Sequence record: NC_019408.1
DNA length: 64,000 nt
Direction: 5' to 3' (one strand)
Shown here: in pieces, positions 10,301 to 19,029 of the stretch
Numbering within the stretch: the first letter of the stretch is position 1
Layout of the letters: each line of letters starts with the position of its first letter
Position numbers and translations under genes: made by a program
Notes under the pieces: generated by a model
Seen by the model: only the letters and a program-made list of their open reading frames with translations
What the model was told of the DNA's origin: nothing
The model's database searches: none

Positions 10301-10828
10301 TTCATCTTCCTGGACGAGCGCTCGCTCGAACTCCAGGCCGAGAACCTCGACACCGCCGGGCAGAACCGCTGGTACAAGGCCGTTGGCTCGGGCATGTCGC
10401 TGTTCGAGACCGACGCCACCCAGATCAACTACCAGCCGCGCGACCTCATGCCCTACCGGCCGTCGGACATCCGCCGCGCGGTCGCGGGCGGGGACGTGAC
10501 GGTGACCTGGAAGCGCCGCACGCGCTTCACGGCCACCATGAAGGACGGCACGGGCGTGGTTCCGGTCAACGAGGGCAGCGAAGCCTACGAGGCCTATGTG
10601 CTGGCCACGGCGTTCACGGGCGACCATTCGCGCCAGGACGCGCCGGCGGCTTTCGTGCGGAAATACGACCTCACGAGCCCCACTTTCACCTACACGGCGG
10701 CCGAGCAGACGGCTGACGGATTTGACGTGAATCTTGACACTCTCCACGTCGTGATCTATCAGTTGAGTTCGGCTGTTGGTCGGGGTTTCCCCGGCGCTCG
10801 CTCGATCGAGTCCTGGCAGGACTTCTAA
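7352..10828 (+). CDS. Host-specificity / central tail protein (Phage-tail_3, GTA baseplate-like)
   Basis: STYG.VIPEIFGT.RVAGNMIW, APAYRGLCYVVF.DF.LADFGNRIP and LLRGRRGT motifs. It follows the NlpC/P60 gene as in GTA tail modules. Confidence 0.85.
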   Translation: MGAAIALPIVSAIVSTAISYIFPDEGPRLRDTKVSASTYGNVIPEIFGTARVAGNMIWSKPFTEKKKKKRAGKGGSYYNQYTYFCDFAMGFCKGPVKEVRRIWADGKVIYDTTGGSEVVDNNKYRFRFYSGDEEQLPDSLVSEDKGLDYAPAYRGLCYVVFDDFALADFGNRIPQIMAEVYAGDEGGTAITDVTSLGDDTEQPGGSFQLDQCIIDTDRGYFYLVDSTSDPRGGVLRRFLLSNGKEDRRELVQVAPTTPPSVYDSPSLTSVRGLTSKGELLCVFGGVNNYMRIEKLDPYSWTSLGTVGRSFPFETSPERSLEFSNADFKTSRDDKGNYLTLTLGVFGEYNIFDPSSMTYMSKGHMAGWNGPGTPMFITARQGGSPNARRFYHVTYDGGPTLSVCSLGETLYHHPLPHPGAAGATGWCFWDEGDPGVVFFYTDGNQDRYLAKWSETTGALAWQTQLRNSDPICGYPVWGMDARIKDNELHWVYRDHLFSINTSTGKWIDRTFDQDFYKTKNDKTADQVNDGDRGQLLSREVASDHVIYDPRRNIVIGLGSPQITNGIVHVGAYTGQKTNVGRIVEQLLVTTGQLTSNDYDLTPLYEIPVRGYGYATSTDVKSIISELRNLFMFDLVESDGKLVARVRGDQEADAEVPWQLLGSQSGPSDDKAEYWKETRMSESDLPSAIDLTYMNIDDDYNPSTAKSKRISSPVATMMSRQQVKTECNLVMDATEAKNRVNIMLYTQWDERTQHNTALPWAFAHLDASDLISVTMEDGRNYFDRIGSIEFGADFSSRLETYGTDSGAYLSEKVGDGGGAGRPTVVHAPKPVVGFIMNLPLLRDTHDTGANFSNWYSAIGQGAPGTFYGGTMFKSANSQDYVDLYQETESAEWGTVKGIVPPASRGWFALDWETKITIVPAVEFFELESITDDELWEGQNGFVVGNEVMQFRDAVENADGTWTIWNLLRGRRGTQYACDTHVAGEKFIFLDERSLELQAENLDTAGQNRWYKAVGSGMSLFETDATQINYQPRDLMPYRPSDIRRAVAGGDVTVTWKRRTRFTATMKDGTGVVPVNEGSEAYEAYVLATAFTGDHSRQDAPAAFVRKYDLTSPTFTYTAAEQTADGFDVNLDTLHVVIYQLSSAVGRGFPGARSIESWQDF
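10723..10762 (+). promoter_or_regulatory. Copy of the 17-bp motif with -35/-10 boxes embedded in coding sequence; internal promoter for the fibre genes
   Basis: TGACGTGAATCTTGACA 10723-10739, 17-nt spacer, TATCAG 10757-10762. Confidence 0.6.
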
Positions 10829-10850
10829 GCTCCCCTTCCACAATCCCATC

Positions 10851-10872
10851 GATCCCGGAGCGATCCGGGATC
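10851..10872. other. Intergenic stem-loop GATCCCGGA-GCGA-TCCGGGATC without a U-tract
   Basis: Perfect 9-bp stem with a GNRA loop. The GGA-GCRA-TCC core recurs in several terminators. Confidence 0.6.
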
Positions 10873-10899
10873 GGTCCTTGTCATAAAAGCCGTGGAACG

Positions 10900-11745
10900 A
10901 TGACCGACTACACGCCGATCCTGAAAATCCCCGAAGTCGCGCCCAACCAGAACCAAAAAGAAGACACGATCAACACCGGCTTCGCGATCCTGGAGGCCGC
11001 GCAGAACGACGACGTGCAGATCACCGTGACGTCGGGCAACTACAACGTCACCGCCGACCAGTTCACCAAGGCCTTCGTGCATCGCTACTCGGGCCACGCC
11101 GACGCCACCGTGGTCGCGGTCATCCCCACCTCCGCCCGCTGGTTTGCTCTGGCCAACGAGGGCGGGTTCGCCATGGGGCTGAAGGTCTTCGGGCAGGTTC
11201 CCGTCGTGACCATCCAGCCGGGCAAGATCGTGCTCTTCCAGTCGGACGGCACCACCCTGCGCGCGGTTTCCGAAGGCGTCAGCCGCATCTTCGATCTCTC
11301 CGACGTCGACGGCTCCGACACGCCCTCGAACGGACAGACCCTGGTGTGGAATTCCACGACCAGCCGGTTCGAGCCGGCCGACCTGCCGGCCGATGCCGAC
11401 TTCTGGACGAACGGCACGACGGGCAACAACGGCGTCGTCCTGCGTAAGCTCTTCCTGCGCCCGGTGCGCTTCCTGGCCGACTTCCTGGGCTCGATCGCCA
11501 AGGCCGGCGTCGCCGCCACCGGCACCGCCGTCTTCACGGTCAAGAAGACCACGGGCGTGACGACCACCACCGTCGGCACCATCACCTTCACCGGGACCAC
11601 CGCCACCTTCTCGACCGACGTCGGGGCCGGCTCGGTCACCGTCAATTTCGGGGCCGGCGACATCATGACCATCACCGGTCCCGCCACCTCCAACGCCACC
11701 CTCGCTGACATCGTCGCTTCCCTCAAGGGCGTCATCCTGCAATGA
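10900..11745 (+). CDS. Tail fibre/adaptor protein, DUF2793-like N-terminus
   Basis: MTDYTPILKIPEVAPNQNQKEDTIN N-terminus, paralogous to the next gene. Confidence 0.75.
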   Translation: MTDYTPILKIPEVAPNQNQKEDTINTGFAILEAAQNDDVQITVTSGNYNVTADQFTKAFVHRYSGHADATVVAVIPTSARWFALANEGGFAMGLKVFGQVPVVTIQPGKIVLFQSDGTTLRAVSEGVSRIFDLSDVDGSDTPSNGQTLVWNSTTSRFEPADLPADADFWTNGTTGNNGVVLRKLFLRPVRFLADFLGSIAKAGVAATGTAVFTVKKTTGVTTTTVGTITFTGTTATFSTDVGAGSVTVNFGAGDIMTITGPATSNATLADIVASLKGVILQ

Positions 11746-14700
11746 CCGACTATACGCCGATCCTGAAGCTGCCTGAGGTCGCGCCGAACCAGAACCAGAA
11801 GGAAGACACGATCAACACCGCGCTCGCCATCCTGGAGAGCGCGATGAACAACGTGAAGCCCTATACCCTGACGGGCGCGGGGCCGTTCGCCCTGACCGAC
11901 GACGACTTCACCCGCTACTTCCTGCACCGCTTCTCGGGCCAGACCGCCGCCTACGAGATCACCGTCCCCGCCGGCCAGCCGCGCTGGTTCGCCGTGGAGA
12001 ACGGCGGCAGCTTCGCCATCACCGTGCGTTGCGCCGGCGTCTCGGGCGGCCTGCCGTTCGAGGTTCCCTCCGGCAAGATCGGCCTCGTGGTCTCCGATGG
12101 CGCGGACCTGCGCACCGTCGTGCCGCAGGCGGGCATGGGTCTGCTCCAGGACCTTTCCGACGTCTCGGGCGTGCCCACCGACAAGCAGGTCCTGCGCTAT
12201 GATGCGCCGTCGAACCTGTGGAAGCCCTCGACCTTCCTGCTCTCGTTCGGCGAACTAACCGACACGCCCAACAACTACTTCGGCGCCAACGGCAAGATCG
12301 TCGCGGTCAACGCTGCCGGCGATGGCCTGGAGTTCGTCTCCTCGGCCGCCAACGTCAACTCCTTCGTCGACCTGGACGACACGCCCAGCAGCTACTCGGG
12401 CGCGGCCGGCCTGACCGTCAAGGTCTCGCCCGGCGGCACGGGCCTGATCTTCGCCGCGCCGACCTTCCTGGAAGCCTCCGACACGCCCAACACCTATGGC
12501 GGGCAGGCCAAGAAGTTCCCGCGCGTCAAGGCCGACATGTCGGGACTGGAGTTCGACAGCGTCCGCCTGACGGACCTGTCGGACGGTCCGGGGTCCTACG
12601 CCGGCGCGGCCGGCATGTTCGTGCGCGTCAAGAACGACGGCACGGGGTTTGAGTTCAACACCGGCTCGGGCGGCCCCGACAACTTCCTGGACCTGACCGA
12701 CACGCCTGACGCGTACACGGGTCAGGGCAGCAAGGCCGTGCGCGTCAAGTCCGACGTCAGTGGCCTGGAGTTCTACACCCCCACGCTCCTGGGCCTGGGC
12801 GACACGCCGGCCAACTACACGGGCGCGGCCAACAAGGTGCTGCGCGTCAATAGCTCGGGCAATGCCGTGGTGTTCAGCACCCTGGCCTTTGGCGACCTGT
12901 CGAACGTCCCGCTGCCGGAGGCCAACAAGTGGCTGCGCTGGAGCCCGACGGGCACGGCGATCGTCAACGACACGCCCACCTTCCTGGGCCTGCTCGACAC
13001 GCCCAATGCCTACGCGGGCAACGAGGGCAAGTACGTCTACGTCAAGGGCGATGGCTCGGGCCTGGGCTTTGCGGCCTCCTCGGTCAACCTGTCGTTCCTG
13101 GAACTGAACGACGCGATCGACACCTCCTACGATAGCAAGACCGACATGGTGCCGATCGTCACGATCGTCACCGGCACGCCCGTGCTTAAGCTGGGCTACT
13201 ATGCCTTCAGCAAGCTGGCGGGCATCAGCCTGTCCTCGCCCACCGAAGGGCAAATCCTCGGCTACGACGCCGACCTGGGCCTGTGGACCAACATCGACGC
13301 TCCCGAGGGCGGCGGTGGCGGCTCGATCGGCGTGCCCTCCTACGGCGAACACGCCTACTGGCGCCTGCTGCTGCACACCACCGACGGCAGCACCAGCCAG
13401 TACGGCATCCAGGAAATCCAGTTCAAGCACTCCAAGACCGGCGCGGACTTGGCCAATGGCGGCACGCCCTCGGCCAGCAGCGACCAGTTCGGCACGGTCG
13501 CCGGAGCGTTCGACAACGTCATCTCCGGCGCGTGGTTCTCCAACACGCCCAACGACGGCGAGTGGATCGCCTACCACTTCACCACGCCGGCCGACGTCCG
13601 CTATGTGACCCTCCAGGGCTCGCAGTCCCAGCCCGATACCTCGCCGCGCTCGTTCTCGGTCCAGTACAGCGACGACGGCGTCGCCTACACCACCGCCTGG
13701 GAAGTCACCGGGCAGAACGGCTGGGCGCCGGGCCAGACCCGCGAGTTCCACGCCCCGATCGACCTCTTCTTCACCGATCTGGCCGACGCCCCGCCCAGCT
13801 ATATCGGTCAGGCGCTGAAGGTCCTGCGGGTCAACGCCGGCGAGACCGCGCTCGAACTCTTCACCCTGCCCTCGGTCCCGACCAAGCTCGACGACCTGAC
13901 CGACGTTCAGGTCACCGGCACGCCGACCGACGGGCAGGTCCTGGCCTGGGACGACGCGACCGGGGTCTTCAAACCCACCTCGGTGCCGGGCATCACCCCG
14001 ACGGCGTTCACGGACCTGACCGACGCGCCCACCTCCTATGCGGGCGAGGGCGGCAACGCCGTGCGCGTCAAGATGACTGAGGACGGTCTGGAATTCTACA
14101 CCCCCGGCACGGGTGGTGGCGGCGGGGGTGGCAGCTATCGCGGGGCCTGGGCCTCGGGTTCCGAGCAGGTCATTCTCAACTTCGAGAACGGCAGTCTCAA
14201 TCCGGCCTTCACCTATGATGCGGCCGGCTTCAACGTCGTCATCCAGCCGGACACGGTCTCGGGCACCACCCTGGCCCTGAAGTTCCGTCCGATCGGCAAT
14301 GGAGCGACCTGCTATTGCGACCTGCCGGTCGAGGACGTGGTTGGGATCGCCAACTTCAAGGTCCGCTACAAGGTCTCCTCCGAAGGTCCGGACTTCTTCC
14401 GGGTCATCCAGGACGGTACGACCACGCTGCTGACCGACAGCGGCAACACCGGGCTGTACGAGGAAGGGTCTTTCCCGGTCACCGGCGACCACACCCTGCG
14501 GTTCCAGTACAGCAAGGACGGCTCGCTGGCGGTCGGCGACGACACCGTCTACATCTCGCAGATCACCTACTTCAAGACGCTGACCAACCCCTACGTCTAC
14601 GGGGACACGATCACCTATGCCGGGTCCTATTGGCTCTGCCGCGTCGGTGGAACCTCCGAAGAGCCGGGCGTTGGCGACGACTGGATCAAGCTGCCTGATA

Positions 14701-16481
14701 CCCTGGCGCAACTGGATGACGTCGACCTGACCTCGTCGCCGCCCTCGAACGGTCAAGCCCTGGTCTTTGATGGCGCGACCAACAAGTTCAAGCCGGGAAC
14801 CGTGGCCGGCGGCTCGGGTGGTGGTAACAAGTACAACATCGGCGTGACGCCGCGCACGCGTCTGCACCGCGCGGCTATCCAGTCGATCCCGACTTCGACC
14901 TGGACGGCGGTCCAGTGGGACACCGAGGCCGAAGACGCCGCCAACGCCTTCACCAGCGGTGCCAACACGCGGGTCACCATTCCGGCGGGCGTCAAGGCCG
15001 CGCGCGTGACGGCCTATGCCAACTGGGTGACGCCGGTCACCACCTCGATCGTGGGCTTGGCCCTGCGTCGCAATGGCGTCGAGATCGGCTCTACCGGCGG
15101 CTCGCCCGTCGCGGCCTCGCGCGCGGGCCTCTACCAGTCGCATCTCAATTTCACGTCTGAGTGGTTCCCGGTCACGCAAGGGGACTACTACGAGTTGTTC
15201 GTCTATCACGACTCGGGCTCCAACCGGGACCTGAACGGTCCGGTCACCAACTTCGGCGAGAACACCTACCTCCAGTTCGAGTGGGATGAAGGCATCTCGC
15301 CCTCGGCGGTCGAGGCCGGAGACTTCCACGGCCCCCACCAGGGCTGGCGGATGCTGACCATCGACAGCCAGACGGGAACCTATGCCACGTTTGGGGAACT
15401 GAAGTTCTTCGACCGTAGCGGCGTCCAGATCGCCACCACCGGCGGGAAGCTCTTCGACACCTACTCCCACCCCTCTTACCCTGTCCAGCAGGCCTTCGAC
15501 GGCAACAACACGACCTACTGGTCCTCGCTCCAACAGACCTCGACCGGTCAGCTTGCCGGCCCCGGCTACATCTTCGCCGCGCCCGTCGATGTCGGCTCGA
15601 TCAAGCTGACCTCGACGTCGACCGACTTCAACAGCACCAACTCGCCCAAGAACTTCGCGATCCAGTACACCGATGACGGTGGCGCGTCGTGGTTCACCTA
15701 CGTCACCTTCAGCAACCAGACCGGCTGGGGCGACCGGGAGGAGCGCACGTTCGTCCTGCCGACGAGCGGCATCGCCCGCGTCGGGGGCGCCCGCGCGCTC
15801 GACGAACTCAAGGACGTCACGATCGGCACGCCCAAGAACGGCGACCTGCTGACCTATGACGCGACGACCTCGACCTGGAAGCAGAAGTCCCGCTGGGGCT
15901 ATGCGCCGCCCGTGGCGGCCGATTTCCCCACGGCCGTGGGCACCGTGCCCCTGACCCTGACCTATGACGACGAGGTCGGGCTGATGATCGACTGCGGGGC
16001 CAGCGCCTCAGGGGACGTGCAGCGCGCCGTCCTCAAGGCGCTGCCGACGGGGGACTGGAACCTGACGGTGAAGATCACCGACCATCTGGCGCCGGTCTAC
16101 TACAACGCCGTCGGGGTCGTGATGCGCGAGTCCTCGACGGGTAAGATCGTGCTGTTCGGGTGCGAGATCGCCGGATCGAGCTTCTCGGTTCCGATGCGTC
16201 AGGTCCGCTACTCGCGTCTGCCGGGCCTCTCGGGCTTCACGGCCAACGACTACGCCCGGCCCTCGCCGTCGCTGCCCCAGTGGTATCGCCTCTCCCTGGT
16301 GGGCAGCACCCTCAAGGCCGAGGTGTCGGCCGACGGCAAGTTCTGGCGCACCGTGGTCTCGCAGGCGGTGACCACCGGGTTCACGACCAAGCCCGACCAG
16401 ATCGGGCTCGGCTGCTCGCTCAACTACACCGACACCCAGAGCGCGATGCTCTCCGTGTCCTACTGGAGCCAGTCCTGGTAG
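11742..16481 (+). CDS. Long tail fibre / receptor-binding protein with DUF2793-like N-terminus, ~30-aa repeats and two discoidin/F5-8-like lectin modules
   Basis: Repeats of F.DL.DTP..Y.G....VRV..DG.GLEF at ~12250-13110 and ~13770-14100. Two W.....GIQEIQF / F.ELKFF...AFD...W modules at ~13330-13760 and ~15330-15760. Confidence 0.8.
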   Translation: MTDYTPILKLPEVAPNQNQKEDTINTALAILESAMNNVKPYTLTGAGPFALTDDDFTRYFLHRFSGQTAAYEITVPAGQPRWFAVENGGSFAITVRCAGVSGGLPFEVPSGKIGLVVSDGADLRTVVPQAGMGLLQDLSDVSGVPTDKQVLRYDAPSNLWKPSTFLLSFGELTDTPNNYFGANGKIVAVNAAGDGLEFVSSAANVNSFVDLDDTPSSYSGAAGLTVKVSPGGTGLIFAAPTFLEASDTPNTYGGQAKKFPRVKADMSGLEFDSVRLTDLSDGPGSYAGAAGMFVRVKNDGTGFEFNTGSGGPDNFLDLTDTPDAYTGQGSKAVRVKSDVSGLEFYTPTLLGLGDTPANYTGAANKVLRVNSSGNAVVFSTLAFGDLSNVPLPEANKWLRWSPTGTAIVNDTPTFLGLLDTPNAYAGNEGKYVYVKGDGSGLGFAASSVNLSFLELNDAIDTSYDSKTDMVPIVTIVTGTPVLKLGYYAFSKLAGISLSSPTEGQILGYDADLGLWTNIDAPEGGGGGSIGVPSYGEHAYWRLLLHTTDGSTSQYGIQEIQFKHSKTGADLANGGTPSASSDQFGTVAGAFDNVISGAWFSNTPNDGEWIAYHFTTPADVRYVTLQGSQSQPDTSPRSFSVQYSDDGVAYTTAWEVTGQNGWAPGQTREFHAPIDLFFTDLADAPPSYIGQALKVLRVNAGETALELFTLPSVPTKLDDLTDVQVTGTPTDGQVLAWDDATGVFKPTSVPGITPTAFTDLTDAPTSYAGEGGNAVRVKMTEDGLEFYTPGTGGGGGGGSYRGAWASGSEQVILNFENGSLNPAFTYDAAGFNVVIQPDTVSGTTLALKFRPIGNGATCYCDLPVEDVVGIANFKVRYKVSSEGPDFFRVIQDGTTTLLTDSGNTGLYEEGSFPVTGDHTLRFQYSKDGSLAVGDDTVYISQITYFKTLTNPYVYGDTITYAGSYWLCRVGGTSEEPGVGDDWIKLPDTLAQLDDVDLTSSPPSNGQALVFDGATNKFKPGTVAGGSGGGNKYNIGVTPRTRLHRAAIQSIPTSTWTAVQWDTEAEDAANAFTSGANTRVTIPAGVKAARVTAYANWVTPVTTSIVGLALRRNGVEIGSTGGSPVAASRAGLYQSHLNFTSEWFPVTQGDYYELFVYHDSGSNRDLNGPVTNFGENTYLQFEWDEGISPSAVEAGDFHGPHQGWRMLTIDSQTGTYATFGELKFFDRSGVQIATTGGKLFDTYSHPSYPVQQAFDGNNTTYWSSLQQTSTGQLAGPGYIFAAPVDVGSIKLTSTSTDFNSTNSPKNFAIQYTDDGGASWFTYVTFSNQTGWGDREERTFVLPTSGIARVGGARALDELKDVTIGTPKNGDLLTYDATTSTWKQKSRWGYAPPVAADFPTAVGTVPLTLTYDDEVGLMIDCGASASGDVQRAVLKALPTGDWNLTVKITDHLAPVYYNAVGVVMRESSTGKIVLFGCEIAGSSFSVPMRQVRYSRLPGLSGFTANDYARPSPSLPQWYRLSLVGSTLKAEVSADGKFWRTVVSQAVTTGFTTKPDQIGLGCSLNYTDTQSAMLSVSYWSQSW

Positions 16482-16504
16482 GCCCTATACGCTTCGCCGT
16501 ATAT

Positions 16505-16538
16505 CCCGGATTTATACGCGAAAGCGCATAAATCCGGG
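16505..16538. terminator. Stem-loop after the tail fibre gene
   Basis: CCCGGATTTAT / ATAAATCCGGG form an 11-bp inverted repeat. Confidence 0.5.
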
Positions 16539-16558
16539 CTATGCGTTTTCGGGCATAA

Positions 16559-16598
16559 TGTCGTGAATCTTGACATCGGCACAAATCCAGGCCATGGT
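16559..16598 (+). promoter_or_regulatory. 17-bp motif plus promoter of the lysis cassette
   Basis: TGTCGTGAATCTTGACA 16559-16575, 17-nt spacer, CATGGT 16593-16598. Confidence 0.7.
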
Positions 16599-16634
16599 CA
16601 AGACCTGATTTTCAGCACTCCCGGAATTCCCCAC

Positions 16635-17273
16635 ATGCGTGTCTCTGACGCCGGCCTGAAGCTTATCCAGGCCTGGGAAGGTCTCGGCGACGGTAACCCC
16701 GCCACCGTGGACCTCGAACCCTACATCTGCCCGGCCAAGGTTTGGACCGTCGGCTGGGGGCACGCCCTGAAGACGCCGACCGGTCAGATCATCGACGTCG
16801 ACGTCTTCGGCGCGGCCAGGGCCAAGGCCTTGGCCGCCGAATCCATGCAGCGCAAGTTCGGCAAGGGCGCCATCACCAAGGCCCAGGCCGTGGACCTCGT
16901 GCGCGAGGACGTGACCTACTTCGAGCGGCAGGTCGAGAAGCTGGTGGCGGGCAATGCGGCCCAGGCCGAGTTCGACGCCCTGGTGTCGTTCGCCTTCAAC
17001 TGCGGCGTCGCCAACCTCCAGTCCTCGACCCTGCTGCGGATGCACAACGCCGGCAAGCGCAAGGTCGGCGACGTCTCGCTGTCGGACCTCTGCCAGAAGA
17101 GCAAGCTCTCCACGCCGATCGACAACGTCGCCGTGGCCTTCGTCCGCTGGAACAAGTTCAACGGCAAGTGGGCGCTGGGGCTGTTCCGCCGGCGCCTGTC
17201 CGAGGCCCTGGTCTACGGCGGCCACAATCCCGACGAGGCGGTCAAAGCCGCCCAAGCCTTCAAGGGCTGCTGA
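16635..17273 (+). CDS. Endolysin, GH24 phage lysozyme
   Basis: GLKLIQAWEG (catalytic Glu), YICPAKVWTVGWGH and FDALVSFAFNCG...L..STLLR. The ATG at 16635 is preferred over the track start, which lies inside the promoter. Confidence 0.9.
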   Translation: MRVSDAGLKLIQAWEGLGDGNPATVDLEPYICPAKVWTVGWGHALKTPTGQIIDVDVFGAARAKALAAESMQRKFGKGAITKAQAVDLVREDVTYFERQVEKLVAGNAAQAEFDALVSFAFNCGVANLQSSTLLRMHNAGKRKVGDVSLSDLCQKSKLSTPIDNVAVAFVRWNKFNGKWALGLFRRRLSEALVYGGHNPDEAVKAAQAFKGC

Positions 17274-17274
17274 C

Positions 17275-17763
17275 ATGGGCCTCTTCGCGATCATCGCCCT
17301 GGCCGTGAAGTTCCTAATGAACCCGGCCGTCATGGGCGTGCTGTTCATCACCATCGCCGCCCTGACGGGCCTGTGGTTCCTGGGCGGCCCGGCGCTGTTC
17401 TGGAAGGTCCTGCGCGACGCGCGTCTCTGGCTGCTGGTCGCCGTGGCGGCCGTGGTCTTCGGCTATGCCCATCTCCAGGCCAAGCTCGACAAGACCGAGC
17501 AGCGCCTGGAGCAGGTCGAGCAGCAGAAGCAGGCCCACGACGACGGCCAGGAGGTCGTCAAGAACAACATCAAAAAGCAGGTCAAGCGCGCCCAGCAGGG
17601 GGCCAAGTACCAAGAGGTTATCCACAATGCCCCGACTGGCGAAAAGCTCGACGCCCTCCTCGACGAGTTCGCGCGCGATCAAGGCGTTCCTGATCCCCGC
17701 CCTTCTGCTGCTCAGCCTGTCCCTGACGGCGTGTCAAAGTCTCCCGGTCGGATTCTCCCCTGA
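17275..17763 (+). CDS. Inner-membrane spanin (Rz-like)
   Basis: N-terminal hydrophobic segments followed by a coiled coil. It follows the endolysin and overlaps a lipoprotein gene. Confidence 0.75.
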   Translation: MGLFAIIALAVKFLMNPAVMGVLFITIAALTGLWFLGGPALFWKVLRDARLWLLVAVAAVVFGYAHLQAKLDKTEQRLEQVEQQKQAHDDGQEVVKNNIKKQVKRAQQGAKYQEVIHNAPTGEKLDALLDEFARDQGVPDPRPSAAQPVPDGVSKSPGRILP

Positions 17764-18013
17764 CGACCTCTATCCGAAGGAGCTTCGCACCTGCGCGCCG
17801 TCTCCTGCGGTCCCGCCGCGCCCCGCGCCCGGCGCGCCGCGCTCCGAGGACGCCCAGGCCGGCTACGTCAAGGATGACCACCTCGCCGGCGCCGACTGCC
17901 GCGACAAGGTCGAGTCCTGGAACGAGCGCGCCGTCAAGTACGAGGCCCAGTACAAGGCCATGAACGCCGGGCCGGCGGGCAAGCTGCTCGCCAAGTTCAA
18001 GGGGAAGAAGTGA
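17627..18013 (+). CDS. Outer-membrane spanin lipoprotein (Rz1-like), overlapping the i-spanin in another frame
   Basis: GAGG precedes ATG 17627. Signal peptide LLLLSLSLTAC contains a lipobox Cys, and the mature part is Pro-rich. Confidence 0.8.
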   Translation: MPRLAKSSTPSSTSSRAIKAFLIPALLLLSLSLTACQSLPVGFSPDDLYPKELRTCAPSPAVPPRPAPGAPRSEDAQAGYVKDDHLAGADCRDKVESWNERAVKYEAQYKAMNAGPAGKLLAKFKGKK

Positions 18014-18489
18014 TGCCGCCCTGGGCCGCCGCGCCGCTGCGGGTCTGCGGCAACTTCTTCCGCTGGGTGCGCCTGACGCTGGACAATCTCTGCGATCGTC
18101 CGGACCACCTTCAGCGCCTGTCGATCATCGGCTCGGGGATGGCGGCCTTCCCGCTGATCCTGCTGATCATTCACATCCTCGTCTATTTCGGGCTGCACGG
18201 TCCTGACACGGCCGCCGCCCTGGCGGTCATCCCGATCATCGGCAACATGGGCTATGGGGCCTTGGCGCTCTATGCGCTGTCCCAGGTGGCGCTCCTGGGG
18301 ATCATCAAGGGCATCCGGATCGCCGCACCCGGCGGCGTCAACGTCGCCATCGAGACCACGGCGGGGACCGGCGATGGCCTGTCCGACGACAACGATCATG
18401 ATCACGACCACGGCCGCTGGCGCGGTCGCGAGCGTGATTGCGAACCCAATCCCCCTGCCGGCTCTGGCGCCGGCGCTATCACGGAGTAG
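18010..18489 (+). CDS. Putative holin (two transmembrane segments, charged C-terminus)
   Basis: Two hydrophobic stretches, position in the lysis cassette, adjacent GTG-ATG starts. Confidence 0.55.
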   Translation: MMPPWAAAPLRVCGNFFRWVRLTLDNLCDRPDHLQRLSIIGSGMAAFPLILLIIHILVYFGLHGPDTAAALAVIPIIGNMGYGALALYALSQVALLGIIKGIRIAAPGGVNVAIETTAGTGDGLSDDNDHDHDHGRWRGRERDCEPNPPAGSGAGAITE

Positions 18490-18494
18490 GGACC

Positions 18495-18641
18495 ATGCGC
18501 GAAGGCTATGGCGGTCTGAAGATCATCGACGGGCTGGTCGGCGGCATCCTTCCGATCAAGGATGACATCATCCCGGTCAAGGACGACGTGAGCACCGGCT
18601 TTCCGGACGGCGACGCCCTCGCCCCGCTCGACTACGGATAG
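18495..18641 (+). CDS. Small hypothetical protein (48 aa)
   Basis: GGAGTAGGG precedes ATG 18495; phage-like codon usage. Confidence 0.5.
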   Translation: MREGYGGLKIIDGLVGGILPIKDDIIPVKDDVSTGFPDGDALAPLDYG

Positions 18642-18661
18642 ACCTGCGACATCCGGTCGCA

Positions 18662-18701
18662 TGTCGTGATCCTTGACATATCGGCGTTCTTGCACTATGG
18701 T
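18662..18701 (+). promoter_or_regulatory. 17-bp motif variant plus a near-consensus sigma70 promoter
   Basis: TGTCGTGATCCTTGACA 18662-18678, 17-nt spacer, TATGGT 18696-18701. Confidence 0.7.
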
Positions 18702-18707
18702 CGCGCT

Positions 18708-19006
18708 TCTTCGACGGCATCCCACCGTCCAACATGGCTCGCGACCCACCGTTCGCAGGGACACGATCGCGACCAAGGCGGTAGCCGGAACGATGCTAGG
18801 CCGTAAGGTCAAGCCTCCGGAACACGCAGTAGCCGGCTGGAACGCTAGGCTTCTACGTCCCAAACGGGGTACAGGCTTCCTGAGCCTTCGGGCGATAGAC
18901 CCCACCACCTCGAAAGAGGTTCACGCGTGATGCGGAGAAGGGCTGAAAAGCCCAAGTGTCTGGAAGTGCAGAAGACCCCGCCGGATTGCTCCGGCGGGGT
19001 CTTTTT
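18708..19006 (+). ncRNA. Candidate ~300-nt structured ncRNA of unknown family
   Basis: Bounded by a promoter and an intrinsic terminator, with no credible ORF. It has multiple hairpins, including two GAAA tetraloops (18907-18920, 18940-18953). Confidence 0.55.
18972..19006. terminator. Intrinsic terminator, probably bidirectional
   Basis: AGACCCCGCCGGA-TTGC-TCCGGCGGGGTCT followed by TTTT; lies between convergent transcription units. Confidence 0.85.
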
Positions 19007-19029
19007 CTGTCTGGAGCGGAGGAGCCCGA

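Noticed and set aside
11742-16481. Diversity-generating retroelement acting on the tail fibre
   Set aside because: No reverse transcriptase and no template/variable repeat pair with adenine-specific mismatches was seen.
16563-16634. N-terminal extension of the endolysin given by the ORF track
   Set aside because: It overlaps the promoter motif; ATG 16635 gives a typical lysozyme start.
18673-18930. 85-aa ORF over the candidate ncRNA
   Set aside because: Its starts fall within the -35 and -10 boxes, it has no RBS, and its codon usage is atypical.
18780-18965. CsrA/Rsm sponge, suggested by several GGA motifs
   Set aside because: The motifs are not in the canonical ANGGA hairpin-loop context, and GGA is frequent at this GC content.
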